A DNA stretch of 64,000 nucleotides, taken from Alphaproteobacteria bacterium (lineage in GTDB: Bacteria > Pseudomonadota > Alphaproteobacteria > Bin95). The translations under genes were made by a program, and so were the position numbers. The stretch covers positions 192,001 to 256,000 of the forward strand of contig OZ219786.1 in the NCBI GenBank assembly GCA_964291285.2, given 5' to 3'. A model generated the notes under the pieces. That model did no database searches, was not told where the DNA came from, and was given only the letters and a program-made list of their open reading frames with translations. Positions 10,027 through 20,016 of this stretch are shown here, piece by piece. Position 1 is the first letter of the stretch, and each line of letters starts with the position of its first letter.

Positions 10027-11205
10027 CTAGCCTGTTTCCGTCGAGAGGATGAGCGTCGCGCTGGAGGAGAGCACGCCGCCCGTGCCGTGGCATACCGCCG
10101 TGCGCACGCCTTCCACCTGCCTGTCGCCCGCAATGCCCCAGAGCTGGCGGGACGCCTCGATGATGGTGAACAGCCCGTACATGCCCGGATGGCAGTAGGA
10201 CAGCCCGCCGCCGTTGGTGTTGACCGGGAAGGCGCCGCCGGGCCCGGTCCGTCCGCCCCGGACGAAGTCCCTGCCCTCGCCGTAGCCGCAAAGGCCGAGC
10301 GCCTCCAGTGTCATCAGAACGGTGATGGTGAAGCTGTCGTAGAGCATCGCAAGGTCGATCTCGGCCGGGCGGCGGCCCGCCATGGCGTAGGCCCGGCGCG
10401 AGGATTGCTCGGCCACCTCCAGCTTCGCCATGTCCGGCATGTGCGCGATGCTGGTATGCGAGGCTGACGCGCCGTGCCCCAGCACGTGGACCGGCGGCAG
10501 CCGCAGGTCGCGCGCGCGCTCTTCCGAGGTCATCACCACGGCCCCGCCGCCGTCGGTGACGAGGCAGCAATCGTAGCGGCCGAGCGGCGAGGCGATCATG
10601 CGGGCGTCCAGCACGTCATCCACCGTCATCGGCTCGCGGAAGGCGGCGGCGGGGTTGAGCGCGGCCCAGGCGCGGGTGGCCACGGCGATGTCGGCCAGCG
10701 TCTCGCGGGTGGAGCCATAGACATGGGCATGCCTCTGCGCTGCCATCGCATAGGCGCCGACCGGGAGCGGCAGCCCGGCGGGAATGTCCCACTGGTTCGA
10801 GAACATGGCCGGGCGCCCGCCCAGAGCCCGCGCCGCCTGGCTCTTCTGGAGCGAGCCGTAAACGATCAGCACCGTTTCCGCCTGGCCGGAACGGATCGCC
10901 TCCGCCGCCCGCCCGGCATGCAGTACGAAGGCCGCGCCGCCGATATTCGTGCCGTCGAGATAGCGCGGCCATTCGAGCCCGAGATACTCCGTCAGCAGCA
11001 CGGGCTGCATGGCGCCCGGCCCCGGCATGCCCCACATGCCGGCGACGGCGAGGCCGTCCACGTCCCGGATCGTCAGACCCGCCTGGGCCAAGGCCTCATT
11101 GGCTGCATCACGCTGTATGGAAAGCACCGTCGCGCCCGGCAATGCGCGGCCCCGGTCATGGGTCGGCGCGTCGGCAACGCCCACAATGACCGGACGGCGG
11201 CTCAT
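10027..11205 (-). CDS. SCP2-type thiolase / lipid-transfer-like protein
   Basis: Motifs DCCLVTDGGGA, YDSFTI and NTNGGGLS...HPG. Confidence 0.88.
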   Translation of the reverse strand: MSRRPVIVGVADAPTHDRGRALPGATVLSIQRDAANEALAQAGLTIRDVDGLAVAGMWGMPGPGAMQPVLLTEYLGLEWPRYLDGTNIGGAAFVLHAGRAAEAIRSGQAETVLIVYGSLQKSQAARALGGRPAMFSNQWDIPAGLPLPVGAYAMAAQRHAHVYGSTRETLADIAVATRAWAALNPAAAFREPMTVDDVLDARMIASPLGRYDCCLVTDGGGAVVMTSEERARDLRLPPVHVLGHGASASHTSIAHMPDMAKLEVAEQSSRRAYAMAGRRPAEIDLAMLYDSFTITVLMTLEALGLCGYGEGRDFVRGGRTGPGGAFPVNTNGGGLSYCHPGMYGLFTIIEASRQLWGIAGDRQVEGVRTAVCHGTGGVLSSSATLILSTETG

Positions 11206-12941
11206 CCGTCGGCGTTGTCCCGGACGGCGATCAGCGCATCCACGGCGACCGCGCCCTCCCCCTTCGGCAACACGATGAACGGGTTGACGTCGATGGTTTC
11301 CAGCACATCGGCATTGGCGGCCGCGAACGCCGAGAGCCGGGCCAGCGCCTCTGCCAGCGCTTCCTCGTCCGAAGGCGGCGCCCCGCGCACACCCTGCAGC
11401 ATCGGGTAGCCGCGCACCTCGCGGACCATCCGGCGCGCCTCGTCGATGCCGAACGGCGCGATGCGGAAGGTCACGTCCTTCAGCACCTCGACGAAGATGC
11501 CGCCGAGCCCGAACATCACCACCGGGCCGAACACCGGGTCGCGGACAACGCCGAGGATGGTCTCGACGCCGCCGGAGACCATGGGTGCAACCAGCACGCC
11601 GTCGATGCGCGCGTCCGGCGCATGCGCTTCGGCACGCGCAAGCAGGTCGCGGTAAGCCGTTTTGGCCGCCTCCCGCGACGCGACATTGAGGATGACGCCG
11701 CCGATCTCCGATTTGTGCAGGATGTCGGGCGACACGATCTTCATGACGACCGGGAAGCCCGCCGCCTTAGCAGCCTTGGCAGCTTCCGACGACGAACCTG
11801 CGATTCGCTCCGGGACGGCCGGCACGCCGGCGGCCGCCAGAATGCGCTTGCCTTCGACCTCGTTGACGGCCGTTCCGGCGCTGAGCTTCGGCGCATCGGC
11901 CGGCAGGTCCGGGGGCGGCGCGGACGGACCCCGTTTCAGCGCTTCGGAATACCGCGCCAGAACCCCGAGCGCGTGGATCGCCCGGCTGGGGTCCTCGTAG
12001 CAGAGATAGCCCATCTCCTGGATTCTCGCGCGGCGCTCGGGCGTGGTCAGGATGGCGAGCATGTGCAACTGGTCGGGGAAACGCCGCCTTACCGCCTCCA
12101 GGCTCGGCTCCAGCTCCTTCATCATCAGCGGGTTCAGGCCGACGCCCGCCAGGAAGCAGACCGCGCTTGCATAGTCGCCCTCTTCCAGCAGGGCGCCGTA
12201 CATGGTCTCCATCAGGGTCGCGTCGTTGATGAACTGCGCGGTCACATCCAGCGGGTTGCGGGTGCCGGCAAAGGGCACCAGCGTCTTCATCCGCTCCTGC
12301 GTCGCCTCGGGCAGCGGCGGCAGTTCGAGGCCGGCGTCCTCCGCCGCATCGGCCATGATGACGCCGACCCCACCGGAGACCGTGATGATGCCCGTCCTGG
12401 CGCTCTCCGGCAGCCGGCCTCCGGCGAAGGCGTAGCCGACATCGAACATCTCGTCGATGCTGTGGGGTCGAAAGACGTTGTACTGGCGCAGAAGCGCATC
12501 GAAAACGGCGTCGGACCCGGTCAGCGAAGCCGTATGCGAGGCAGCCGCGGCGGTGCCGACCTCGGAGCGCCCGACCTTCATCAGCACGACCGGCTTCTCG
12601 GCGGCGCGGGCGGTTTCAAGCGCTTCGATCAGCTTGTCGGCGTCCTGCACGCCCTCCATGTAGCCGAGCACGACGCTGGTGCCGGGATCCTGCGCCATAT
12701 AGGCGAGGCAGTCGGAGAACTCGACATCGCACTGGTTGCCCATCGTCGCCCAGAGGTTCAGGCCGAGGCCCCGTTCGCGGGCGAGCGTGAAGCAATGGCC
12801 GCCGAAAGCGCCCGACTGCGCCGCGACGGAAATCGTGCCCCTCTCGGGCCCCGTATCGCCGATAGCCGAGATGAAGGTGGCGATCATGCCGGTGCCGGTG
12901 TTCATCACGCCCATGCAATTGGGGTCCAGTAAATAACTCAT
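11202..12941 (-). pseudogene. NDP-forming acyl-CoA synthetase (acetate-CoA ligase family), 5'-truncated at the island boundary
   Basis: The protein starts at DPNCMG, a motif (normally GPNCxG) that follows the N-terminal CoA-binding domain. It retains QSGA, the phospho-His motif SHTASL and the ATP-grasp motifs HKSEIGGV and DVNP. Sequence composition changes at about 12930. Confidence 0.75.
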
Positions 12942-13351
12942 CGGGACGCACCCACCTCGGCATTCTTGCCAAGCCCTTCCATTCGAGGCATATGTGACAT
13001 AAGCGGTTGCGTGGACACGATTATTTTAGTCCGCTAGATTGCGGCCATGGAACCCACAGTCGCCAAACGAGACAAGAGAGCGAGTGCTTACGATCCGTTT
13101 CGCACGCTCGCATTCCCGCTGCGCTTACGAGAAAATCGACCCGTTCCACCACAGGACGCCATCCGTCGAATGTAATGCTTCCGTTATCGGGTGATGGATT
13201 GAGATTTCAGCGATTGAGGGTTTGTTTCCAGTCTCGTTTCAGCGGGCGCAGCCAGATGTCCTTTCTGGGTTCGGCGCGCCTCATGAGGGTGTCGTAGCGG
13301 CCGTGCAAAGGCTTCTGGTAACGCCTTTGACGATTCGCTATTGTCGCGCGC

Positions 13352-15868
13352 ATGGCGATGCGCGACGGGGATTTCGGGACAGCGCTGGCGCTGCCGGAGG
13401 GGGAGGAGGCGATCTGGTCGCCTCCGATGTCGGCGGTGCCGAGCGAGCTGCGCGACTGGCGGGCGCGGGCGGAAGCGGCGGAAGCGCGTATCAAGGAGTT
13501 GCTCCGGACGGAGAGGGCCGCGCGTTCCCGGGCGGGTTCTCTGAAGTGGCAGCTCGACAGGAGCCGGACCAGGCTGAAGGCGGCCGTCGAGGAGACGGCG
13601 CGTATTCGCCGTGCGGCGAAGGATGCACTGTTCCATCAGGCGGAGGTGGCGCGGCTGGAGAAGCTGCTTGCGGAAGCCGGCGTCGATTCGAGAAAGGGCG
13701 CGAACGGACGACTGCGGAGGGAGAACGCCCGGCTGCACAAGGCGCTGGAGCGAGCGCAGGAGCAGAAGGACAAGATCGCGTCCTTGCGCGGGGAGATATC
13801 GGCGCTGCGGAAGTCGGAACGGGCGGCGCAGGCGTCCCTGTCGAGGGAAGGCGCCAGGTTGAGCAAAGCCCTGGAGCGGACGGACCGGCAGGAGGACATG
13901 ATCGAGGCGCTGCGCACGGAACTGCGCGAGGCGCACAAGGCAACAGCACGACTGGACAAGGAAGTCGCGCGGCTCGGCATGGAGGTCGCGGCGCTCGGCG
14001 AGGAGGCGTCGGCGTCGACGGTCCTGGCGGACGCGATCAAGGCGTTGCGCGCGGAGAATGCCGCCCTGCAGAAGACGGCGAGGGCCTTGGAGAGCCGGTG
14101 CAAATGGCTCGACAGCGAGAACGCCGATCTTCACTGGTCGATCGGAAAATCCCTGGAATATCGGCAGCGGCTCGAAGCCCGGCATCGCGACGAGACCGAC
14201 CGTCTGCACCGGGAGATTGCGCGGGAGCGTTCGTATCGTGCGCGGTCGTGGGAACGCCAACAGGCCGTCGTCGGGCCCCTGAGCAAGCGGCTTGTCCAGC
14301 ATCGCAAGGCGACCGTGCGGGCGAAGGACGTCATCGAATCGGTGCGCCGGCGCAACGCCCGACTGCGCACCGAGGTGCGGGAGTTGCGGGCCGAGAGGAC
14401 AGCGCTGGCCTCGCGCGCCGAGACGCTGGAAGCCCAGGTCGAGAAGCTGCGCTCGACCCGCAGCGTTCTGTCGAAGGCGCTGTTCGGCAGCAGGAGCGAG
14501 AAGCAGAAGAAAGCCGGCACGGGGCGCAAGCGCGGCCAGCAGCCCGGCGCGCCGGGCCACGGCCGTACCAGGCGGCCCGGTCTCCGGGAGAAGAAGGAAC
14601 GGCGCAACCCGCCCAAGGATGCGCGCCTCTGTTCCTGCTGCGGCAAGCCCTATGTCGCCAACGGCGAGCGTTCCACGAGCCTCATCGAGATCGAGGTCAA
14701 GGCTCACATCCGCAGGATCGAGCGGCCGCGCTGGCGCCGGGGTTGCGAGTGTGTGTCGTCGCCGCTGGAGGCGACCGCGCCGCCGGTGGCGCGGCTGTTC
14801 CCCGGAACGCTCTACGGAACCGGCTTCTGGGCACGGTTCCTGTTCGAGCACTGTGCGTGCCTGCGCCCGCTGAGCCGGGTCGCAGCGTGGTATGCCGACC
14901 AGGGCCTGCCGGTCTCGGCGGGCACGCTGGCCAACAGCCTGAAGCGCTTCGTGCCGCTGTTCGACCCGATCCACAAGGCGATCCTCGCGCATCAGAACCG
15001 GACAACGGTGCGCCATGCCGACGAGACCGGCTGGCGGGTGCAGGAGTTCCGCCGCAACGGCCGGTCGAGCCGCGCCTGGCTGTGGACTTCGGTCAGCAAG
15101 GACGCGGTCTACTTCCTTATCGATCCCTCGCGCAGCGCCGAGGTCGCGAAGACCCTGTTCGGCGACACCGATTGCACCGTGTTCGTGGTCTGCGACCGCT
15201 ACAGCGCCTACAGGAAGCTGGCGCGCGAACTCGACGGCAAGGCGATCCTCTGCTTCTGTTGGGCGCATCAGAGGCGCGACTTCGTCGAGGGCGCCGCCGG
15301 CCATGCGCGGCTGGCCCGCTGGTGCGAGGGATGGATCGAGCGGATCGGGGAGATCTACCGCCTGAACGACGAAAGGCTGAAGCATTACGACCCCGCTCGC
15401 GCTCTCGAACGCCAGACGCCGGCCTTCGACGCGGCGCAGGACAAGTTGAAGAAGGTGGTCGAGCGCCTGTTCGCGGACGCCGTGGCGGAGTTGGCCGGCC
15501 TGCCGGAAAAAGCGCGCAAGGCAAAGGCCCTGCGCTCGCTGCTCAAGCATCGCGAAGGGTTGTGCGTCTTCGTCGACAATCCCCAGGTTCCGATGGACAA
15601 CAATCTCGCCGAACGCGTGCTCCGCGGGCCGGTCATCGGACGCCGGGCGAGCTTCGGTTCCAACAGCGAGGACGGCGCGAAGTTCACCGCGATCATGTAC
15701 TCGGTCGTGGGTACGCTCTCGATCAACGGCATCAATGTCCTGCGCTGGCTGGAGGCATGGCTCGAAGCCTGCGCGAAGGACGGCGGCAAACCGCCGGAAG
15801 ACCTGTCCCCGTGGCTGCCCTGGACGATGAGCGAGGCGCGCAGGCGCAAGTTCACGGCGCAGGAATGA
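13352..15868 (+). CDS. tnpC: IS66 transposase TnpC with a long N-terminal coiled-coil extension
   Basis: Motifs LFGSRSEK, CSCCG Zn ribbon, HADETGW, CDRYSAY, CWAHQRR and DNNLAER. Confidence 0.9.
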   Translation: MAMRDGDFGTALALPEGEEAIWSPPMSAVPSELRDWRARAEAAEARIKELLRTERAARSRAGSLKWQLDRSRTRLKAAVEETARIRRAAKDALFHQAEVARLEKLLAEAGVDSRKGANGRLRRENARLHKALERAQEQKDKIASLRGEISALRKSERAAQASLSREGARLSKALERTDRQEDMIEALRTELREAHKATARLDKEVARLGMEVAALGEEASASTVLADAIKALRAENAALQKTARALESRCKWLDSENADLHWSIGKSLEYRQRLEARHRDETDRLHREIARERSYRARSWERQQAVVGPLSKRLVQHRKATVRAKDVIESVRRRNARLRTEVRELRAERTALASRAETLEAQVEKLRSTRSVLSKALFGSRSEKQKKAGTGRKRGQQPGAPGHGRTRRPGLREKKERRNPPKDARLCSCCGKPYVANGERSTSLIEIEVKAHIRRIERPRWRRGCECVSSPLEATAPPVARLFPGTLYGTGFWARFLFEHCACLRPLSRVAAWYADQGLPVSAGTLANSLKRFVPLFDPIHKAILAHQNRTTVRHADETGWRVQEFRRNGRSSRAWLWTSVSKDAVYFLIDPSRSAEVAKTLFGDTDCTVFVVCDRYSAYRKLARELDGKAILCFCWAHQRRDFVEGAAGHARLARWCEGWIERIGEIYRLNDERLKHYDPARALERQTPAFDAAQDKLKKVVERLFADAVAELAGLPEKARKAKALRSLLKHREGLCVFVDNPQVPMDNNLAERVLRGPVIGRRASFGSNSEDGAKFTAIMYSVVGTLSINGINVLRWLEAWLEACAKDGGKPPEDLSPWLPWTMSEARRRKFTAQE

Positions 15869-16746
15869 CCGGCGCCGTCGAGTGCCGCTACTACGGGCGC
15901 GACTTCACCGCCGACGAGATGGCGTTGCTGCGCGCCCTGATCGCCGCCAACCCGCAGCCGACCCGCGCCGCCCTGTCCAGAGAGTTCTGCCGGCGTATCG
16001 AGTGGTTCAAGCCCGACGGCGGCCTCAAGGACATGATGGCCAAGGTGACCATGCTCGCCATGCACCGCGACGGCGTGATCGTCCTGCCGCCGCCGAGGGG
16101 AAAACAGGGCCGGCCCAGGCCCATCGTCTTCGGGCCCGACACCGAGCCGCCGCTGTTCCCGGCGCCGACGACCCTCGACGAGGTTCGCCCCCTCGACTTC
16201 CGCACGGTCGTGCGCGACACCCGCGATGGCAAGCTCTGGAACGAGTTCGTCGCCCGCTACCACTATCTCGGATACAAGCCCCTGGTCGGCGCCCAGATGC
16301 GCTACGCCGTCCATGACCGGAACGGCTGGCCGCTGGCCATGCTCGGCTTCTCCACCGCCGCATGGAAGCTCGCCTCGCGCGACAGCTTCATCGGATGGTC
16401 GCCCGAGATGCGCGAAAAGAACCTGCCGCTGGTGGTCGACAACCCGCGCTTCCTGATATTGCCGTGGGTCGAGATCCCCAATCTCGGCTCGCACATCCTC
16501 GCCATCGTGCGACGGCGCCTGCCCACCGACTGGACCGAGCGCTACAACATCACGCCCGTGCTCATCGAGACCTTCGTCGAAACGCCCCGCTACTCCGGCG
16601 CCGTCTACAAGGCGTCGGGCTGGACCCGCGTCGGGACCACTCAGGGACGCGGCCGCTACGACACCCTCATGAGGCGCGCCGAACCCAGAAAGGACATCTG
16701 GCTGCGCCCGCTGAAACGAGACTGGAAACAAACCCTCAATCGCTGA
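15865..16746 (+). CDS. DUF4338 (Druantia DruA-like) domain protein
   Basis: ATGA overlap with the tnpC stop; motifs YHYLGY, RDSFIGW, NPRFLILPWV..NLGSHIL, ETFVE and YKASGW..VG.TQGRG. Confidence 0.82.
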   Translation: MTGAVECRYYGRDFTADEMALLRALIAANPQPTRAALSREFCRRIEWFKPDGGLKDMMAKVTMLAMHRDGVIVLPPPRGKQGRPRPIVFGPDTEPPLFPAPTTLDEVRPLDFRTVVRDTRDGKLWNEFVARYHYLGYKPLVGAQMRYAVHDRNGWPLAMLGFSTAAWKLASRDSFIGWSPEMREKNLPLVVDNPRFLILPWVEIPNLGSHILAIVRRRLPTDWTERYNITPVLIETFVETPRYSGAVYKASGWTRVGTTQGRGRYDTLMRRAEPRKDIWLRPLKRDWKQTLNR

Positions 16747-16924
16747 AATCTACATCCATCACCCGAGAACGGAAGCATTACCGTCGAATCCGGTTCGGCG
16801 AGGCCGTGACGGAGGGAGCGATGGCGCAGACCGAATTCGGACCGGACCTGCCGGAACGCGGAGCCGGCATCGTCGTTTTCGTCGTCGCCATGACCGAACG
16901 CCCTCGTCTCCGGAGCAGGACGCC

Positions 16925-18106
16925 ATGACGCAACGCCAGTACCGCACCCTCTCCAAGCGTATCGTCGACAGTCTCCCCGTCGATGGCAGGGACACCGTCT
17001 ACTGGGACCGCGAGCTGCCCGGTTTCGGCCTGCGCGTCTACGCGAGCGGCAAAAAGGTCTTCGTCGTCCAGACGCGAGCCTTCGGCCGTTCCAGGCGCGT
17101 GACCCTCGGCGAGCACGGCAACCCGTTCTCCGCCGACCGGGCCCGCAAGGAGGCCGCTGAGGTCATCGTCCGCATCAAGACGGGGCAGCCGCCGATACCG
17201 AAGGACCCGGCCAACGATCCCACCGTCGCCGACCTCGCGGACCGCTACTTCAGAGAACATGTCGAGATGCACTGCAAGCCGGCCACCGTCTCCCACTACC
17301 GGATCATGCTGCGCAAGCACATCGTGCCCGCCCTCGGCGGGCGTCTCGTCGCGGAGGTCGAGCACAAGGACATCCTGCGCTTCCACGACGCGCTGCATCA
17401 CAGCCCCAGTGTCGCCAACCGGGCGGCCGACATTCTGGTCAAGATGTTCAATCTGGCCGACGAGTGGGGCTGGTGTCCCTCGGGGCGCAACCCGGCCCGG
17501 AGCGTGCCCCGTTTCAGGGTCGAGAAGCACGAGCGCTTCCTCACCCGCGAGGAACTCTCCCGGCTCGGCGAGGCGCTCAGGGCCGCGCCCGCCGGGCGCC
17601 GGGCGTCCCCCCATGCGGCGGCCGCCATCTACCTTCTCGTGCTGACCGGATGCCGGCGCAACGAGATCCTCGGCCTGCGGTGGGACGACCTCAACTTCGA
17701 CACTGGCGAGATGCGGCTGCGCGACTCCAAGACCGGCGCGCGGATGACGCCGATGCCGGCAAGGGTGGCCGCAGTGTTCGCCGGCCTTCCCCGCACGCCC
17801 GGCAATCCCTGGGTCTTCCCCGGCAGGAAGAAGGGCGCGCACCTGGTCAACCTCAACGACTCCTGGGAGCGCATCCGCAAGGACGCCGGTCTCGACGGCG
17901 TCCGCCTGCACGACTTGCGCCACACCTTCGCTTCCAGGGCGCTCGCGCTGGGCGAGGGCCTGGCGATGATCGGCGACCTGCTCGGCCACCGCAAGGTGAG
18001 CACCACCGCGCGTTACGCCCACCTCGCGCGGGACTCGGTGCGGGTGTCCTCGGCCCGGGTCGCCGCCGACATCGGCGCCAGGATCATGGCGCCGGACGGC
18101 CGCTAG
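16925..18106 (+). CDS. Tyrosine recombinase/integrase with arm-DNA-binding domain (pair 1, gene A)
   Basis: Arm domain WDRELPGFGLRV; catalytic motifs TGCRRNEI, DSKTG, HDLRH, LLGH and TARYAH. Confidence 0.92.
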   Translation: MTQRQYRTLSKRIVDSLPVDGRDTVYWDRELPGFGLRVYASGKKVFVVQTRAFGRSRRVTLGEHGNPFSADRARKEAAEVIVRIKTGQPPIPKDPANDPTVADLADRYFREHVEMHCKPATVSHYRIMLRKHIVPALGGRLVAEVEHKDILRFHDALHHSPSVANRAADILVKMFNLADEWGWCPSGRNPARSVPRFRVEKHERFLTREELSRLGEALRAAPAGRRASPHAAAAIYLLVLTGCRRNEILGLRWDDLNFDTGEMRLRDSKTGARMTPMPARVAAVFAGLPRTPGNPWVFPGRKKGAHLVNLNDSWERIRKDAGLDGVRLHDLRHTFASRALALGEGLAMIGDLLGHRKVSTTARYAHLARDSVRVSSARVAADIGARIMAPDGR

Positions 18107-18143
18107 AGCGCCCGCGTCAAGGCGTACTCCGGAAGGACACTCC

Positions 18144-19346
18144 ATGCACAGCACCAACAAGCTCACCCTGTCCAGACAGTCCGTCGACCGGCTTCCCGTC
18201 GCCGACCGGGAGATCGTCTACTGGGATCGCCACCTGCCCGGCTTCGGCGTGCGCGTCTATGCGACCGGGTCGAAGGTCTACATCGCGCACGCGCGTTCCG
18301 GCGGGAAGACCCGGCGCGTCACCATCGGCCGTCATGGCGCATGGTCGACCGAGCGCGCCCGGCGCGAGGCCGGAGCGCTGATCGCGGATATCAAGGCGGG
18401 CAGGACGCCGGGCCGTCCCGGCGCGGACTCCGCGTCCGCCACCGGACCGACGATCGCCGGGCTGGCGGACGACTACATGACCCGGCACGTGGCCCTGCGC
18501 TGCAAGCCGTCCACGCAGCGATCCTGCCGCCATATCCTCGACAGATTCCTCCTCCCCCGGTTCGGGGCGCTGCGCGTCGGCGAGATCACGCCCGATCACG
18601 TTGCCGCGCTGCACTACCGGCTCCGCGAGACGCCCATCATGGCGAACCAGACGGTCTCCCTGCTGTCGCGGCTCTTCCTGAGGGCCGCGGCCTCGGGCAA
18701 CGCGCCGCCCGGCGGCAACCCCTGCCGGTTCATCAGGAAGTATCCGGCGCGAAGCCGCGAGCGCTTCCTGTCCGAGCAGGAATACGACCGGTTGGGCGCC
18801 GCGCTCGACGAACTCGAAGGCGCCGGCCGGGTTCTTGCCAGCGCCGCCGCGGCGATCCGCCTGCTGATGCTGACCGGCTGCCGGCGCAACGAAATCCTCA
18901 CCCTCAAATGGGAGGATGTCGACCTCGAACATGACGAGCTCCGGTTGCGCGACGCGAAGACCGGAGCGCGCGCGGTTCCGCTGTCGCCGACGGCGAGAGG
19001 AGTGCTCACCGCCATCCCCCGGCAGCCCGGCAATCCCTGGGTCATCTTCGGGCGCGAACCCGGAACGCACCTCGCCAATCTCAACTCGTCGTGGCAGGTG
19101 GCCCGCCGCGAGGCCGGACTCGAGGACATGCGGCTTCACGACCTTCGCCACAGCTTTGCCAGCAGGGCGCTCGCGCTCGGCGAGAGCCTGCCGACGATTG
19201 CCCGGCTCCTCGGCCACAGCCAGATCCAGACCACCGCCCGCTACGCCCACCTTGCACGGCAACCGGTGAAGACCGCCGCCGCCACCGTCGCGGACAGCCT
19301 CGCGGACGACATGGGGCCGGCGCCCGGCGCTCCCTCCATCACCTGA
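18144..19346 (+). CDS. Tyrosine recombinase/integrase with arm-DNA-binding domain (pair 1, gene B)
   Basis: Same complete R-K-HxxR-H-Y motif set; diverged paralogue of the upstream gene. Confidence 0.92.
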   Translation: MHSTNKLTLSRQSVDRLPVADREIVYWDRHLPGFGVRVYATGSKVYIAHARSGGKTRRVTIGRHGAWSTERARREAGALIADIKAGRTPGRPGADSASATGPTIAGLADDYMTRHVALRCKPSTQRSCRHILDRFLLPRFGALRVGEITPDHVAALHYRLRETPIMANQTVSLLSRLFLRAAASGNAPPGGNPCRFIRKYPARSRERFLSEQEYDRLGAALDELEGAGRVLASAAAAIRLLMLTGCRRNEILTLKWEDVDLEHDELRLRDAKTGARAVPLSPTARGVLTAIPRQPGNPWVIFGREPGTHLANLNSSWQVARREAGLEDMRLHDLRHSFASRALALGESLPTIARLLGHSQIQTTARYAHLARQPVKTAAATVADSLADDMGPAPGAPSIT

Positions 19347-19398
19347 CCGGCAGCCCCGTGCGCACTGCCGCTGAGAGTCTGTTCCTGGAGTAGCGGTT

Positions 19399-19435
19399 GG
19401 CCTCAAGACATGGTCGCTCAACGGGTCTTGAGGCC
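19399..19435. repeat. Perfect 11-bp inverted repeat (terminator or recombinase/IS-end site)
   Basis: GGCCTCAAGAC-N15-GTCTTGAGGCC, about 50 bp after the integrase stop. Confidence 0.4.
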
Positions 19436-20016
19436 GATATGACAAGATTCCCGTTGATGAGGACGTCCGGGCTGTCGGGAAGGAGCGCAGGACAGGGAAA
19501 GGGGACATTCCCGAACGCGTCCCGGTCCGGGAATCCCGAAAGAGGCTGACGGGACTCGACTTCCCGTTCCGTTCCGTGACAAATTCTCCTCGTCAACATT
19601 GCACGCACCCGCTCTGTCGGGTCGCCCGCTCAATAGAACAGCCGAACCCGGCGAGGGAGTAGCTACTCGCTGGCCAACAGGCCCGCCAATGACGACCCGC
19701 GCTGCGTCGAACCGGTTTCGCTCCGCTGATCGCCGACAACTGTTCCCGACCTTGCCGACCGGTCCGGATGAAGCGGGGCCTGACGGCAGTGGGACGGGCC
19801 GCGAAACAGCAAACAGGCATATCCCGCTAAGGCGACAACCGGAAGATCATGCAAGAGGGGGGCTGGCAGACTGCTCAATGTCTGGGATACACTTGAACAC
19901 AATCGCTCCGCTGTCCAAAAGGTGAGCCACTCGGAGAGACGCCAAGTCCAAAGTCCATGGTGCTCGTACCCCCGACATCGCTCCCCTTGGCCGTGACACG
20001 AAGAAAACCAGCATCA

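Larger units (their letters stand above)
13172..16781 (+). mobile_element. IS66-family element with 132-bp terminal inverted repeats and a DUF4338 passenger gene
   Basis: Ends GTAA...TTAC; 8-bp target duplication CGTCGAAT at 13164-13171 and 16782-16789; inverted repeats 13172-13303 and 16650-16781 with 3 mismatches. Confidence 0.92.

Noticed and set aside
13207-13494. Minus-strand ORF ending in the same peptide as the DUF4338 protein
   Set aside because: A by-product of the long terminal inverted repeat, with no independent gene signal.
13222-15864. 1174-aa ORF overlapping the IS66 transposase
   Set aside because: Only the part from ATG 15865 looks like protein. The rest is a stop-poor alternative frame in high-GC DNA.
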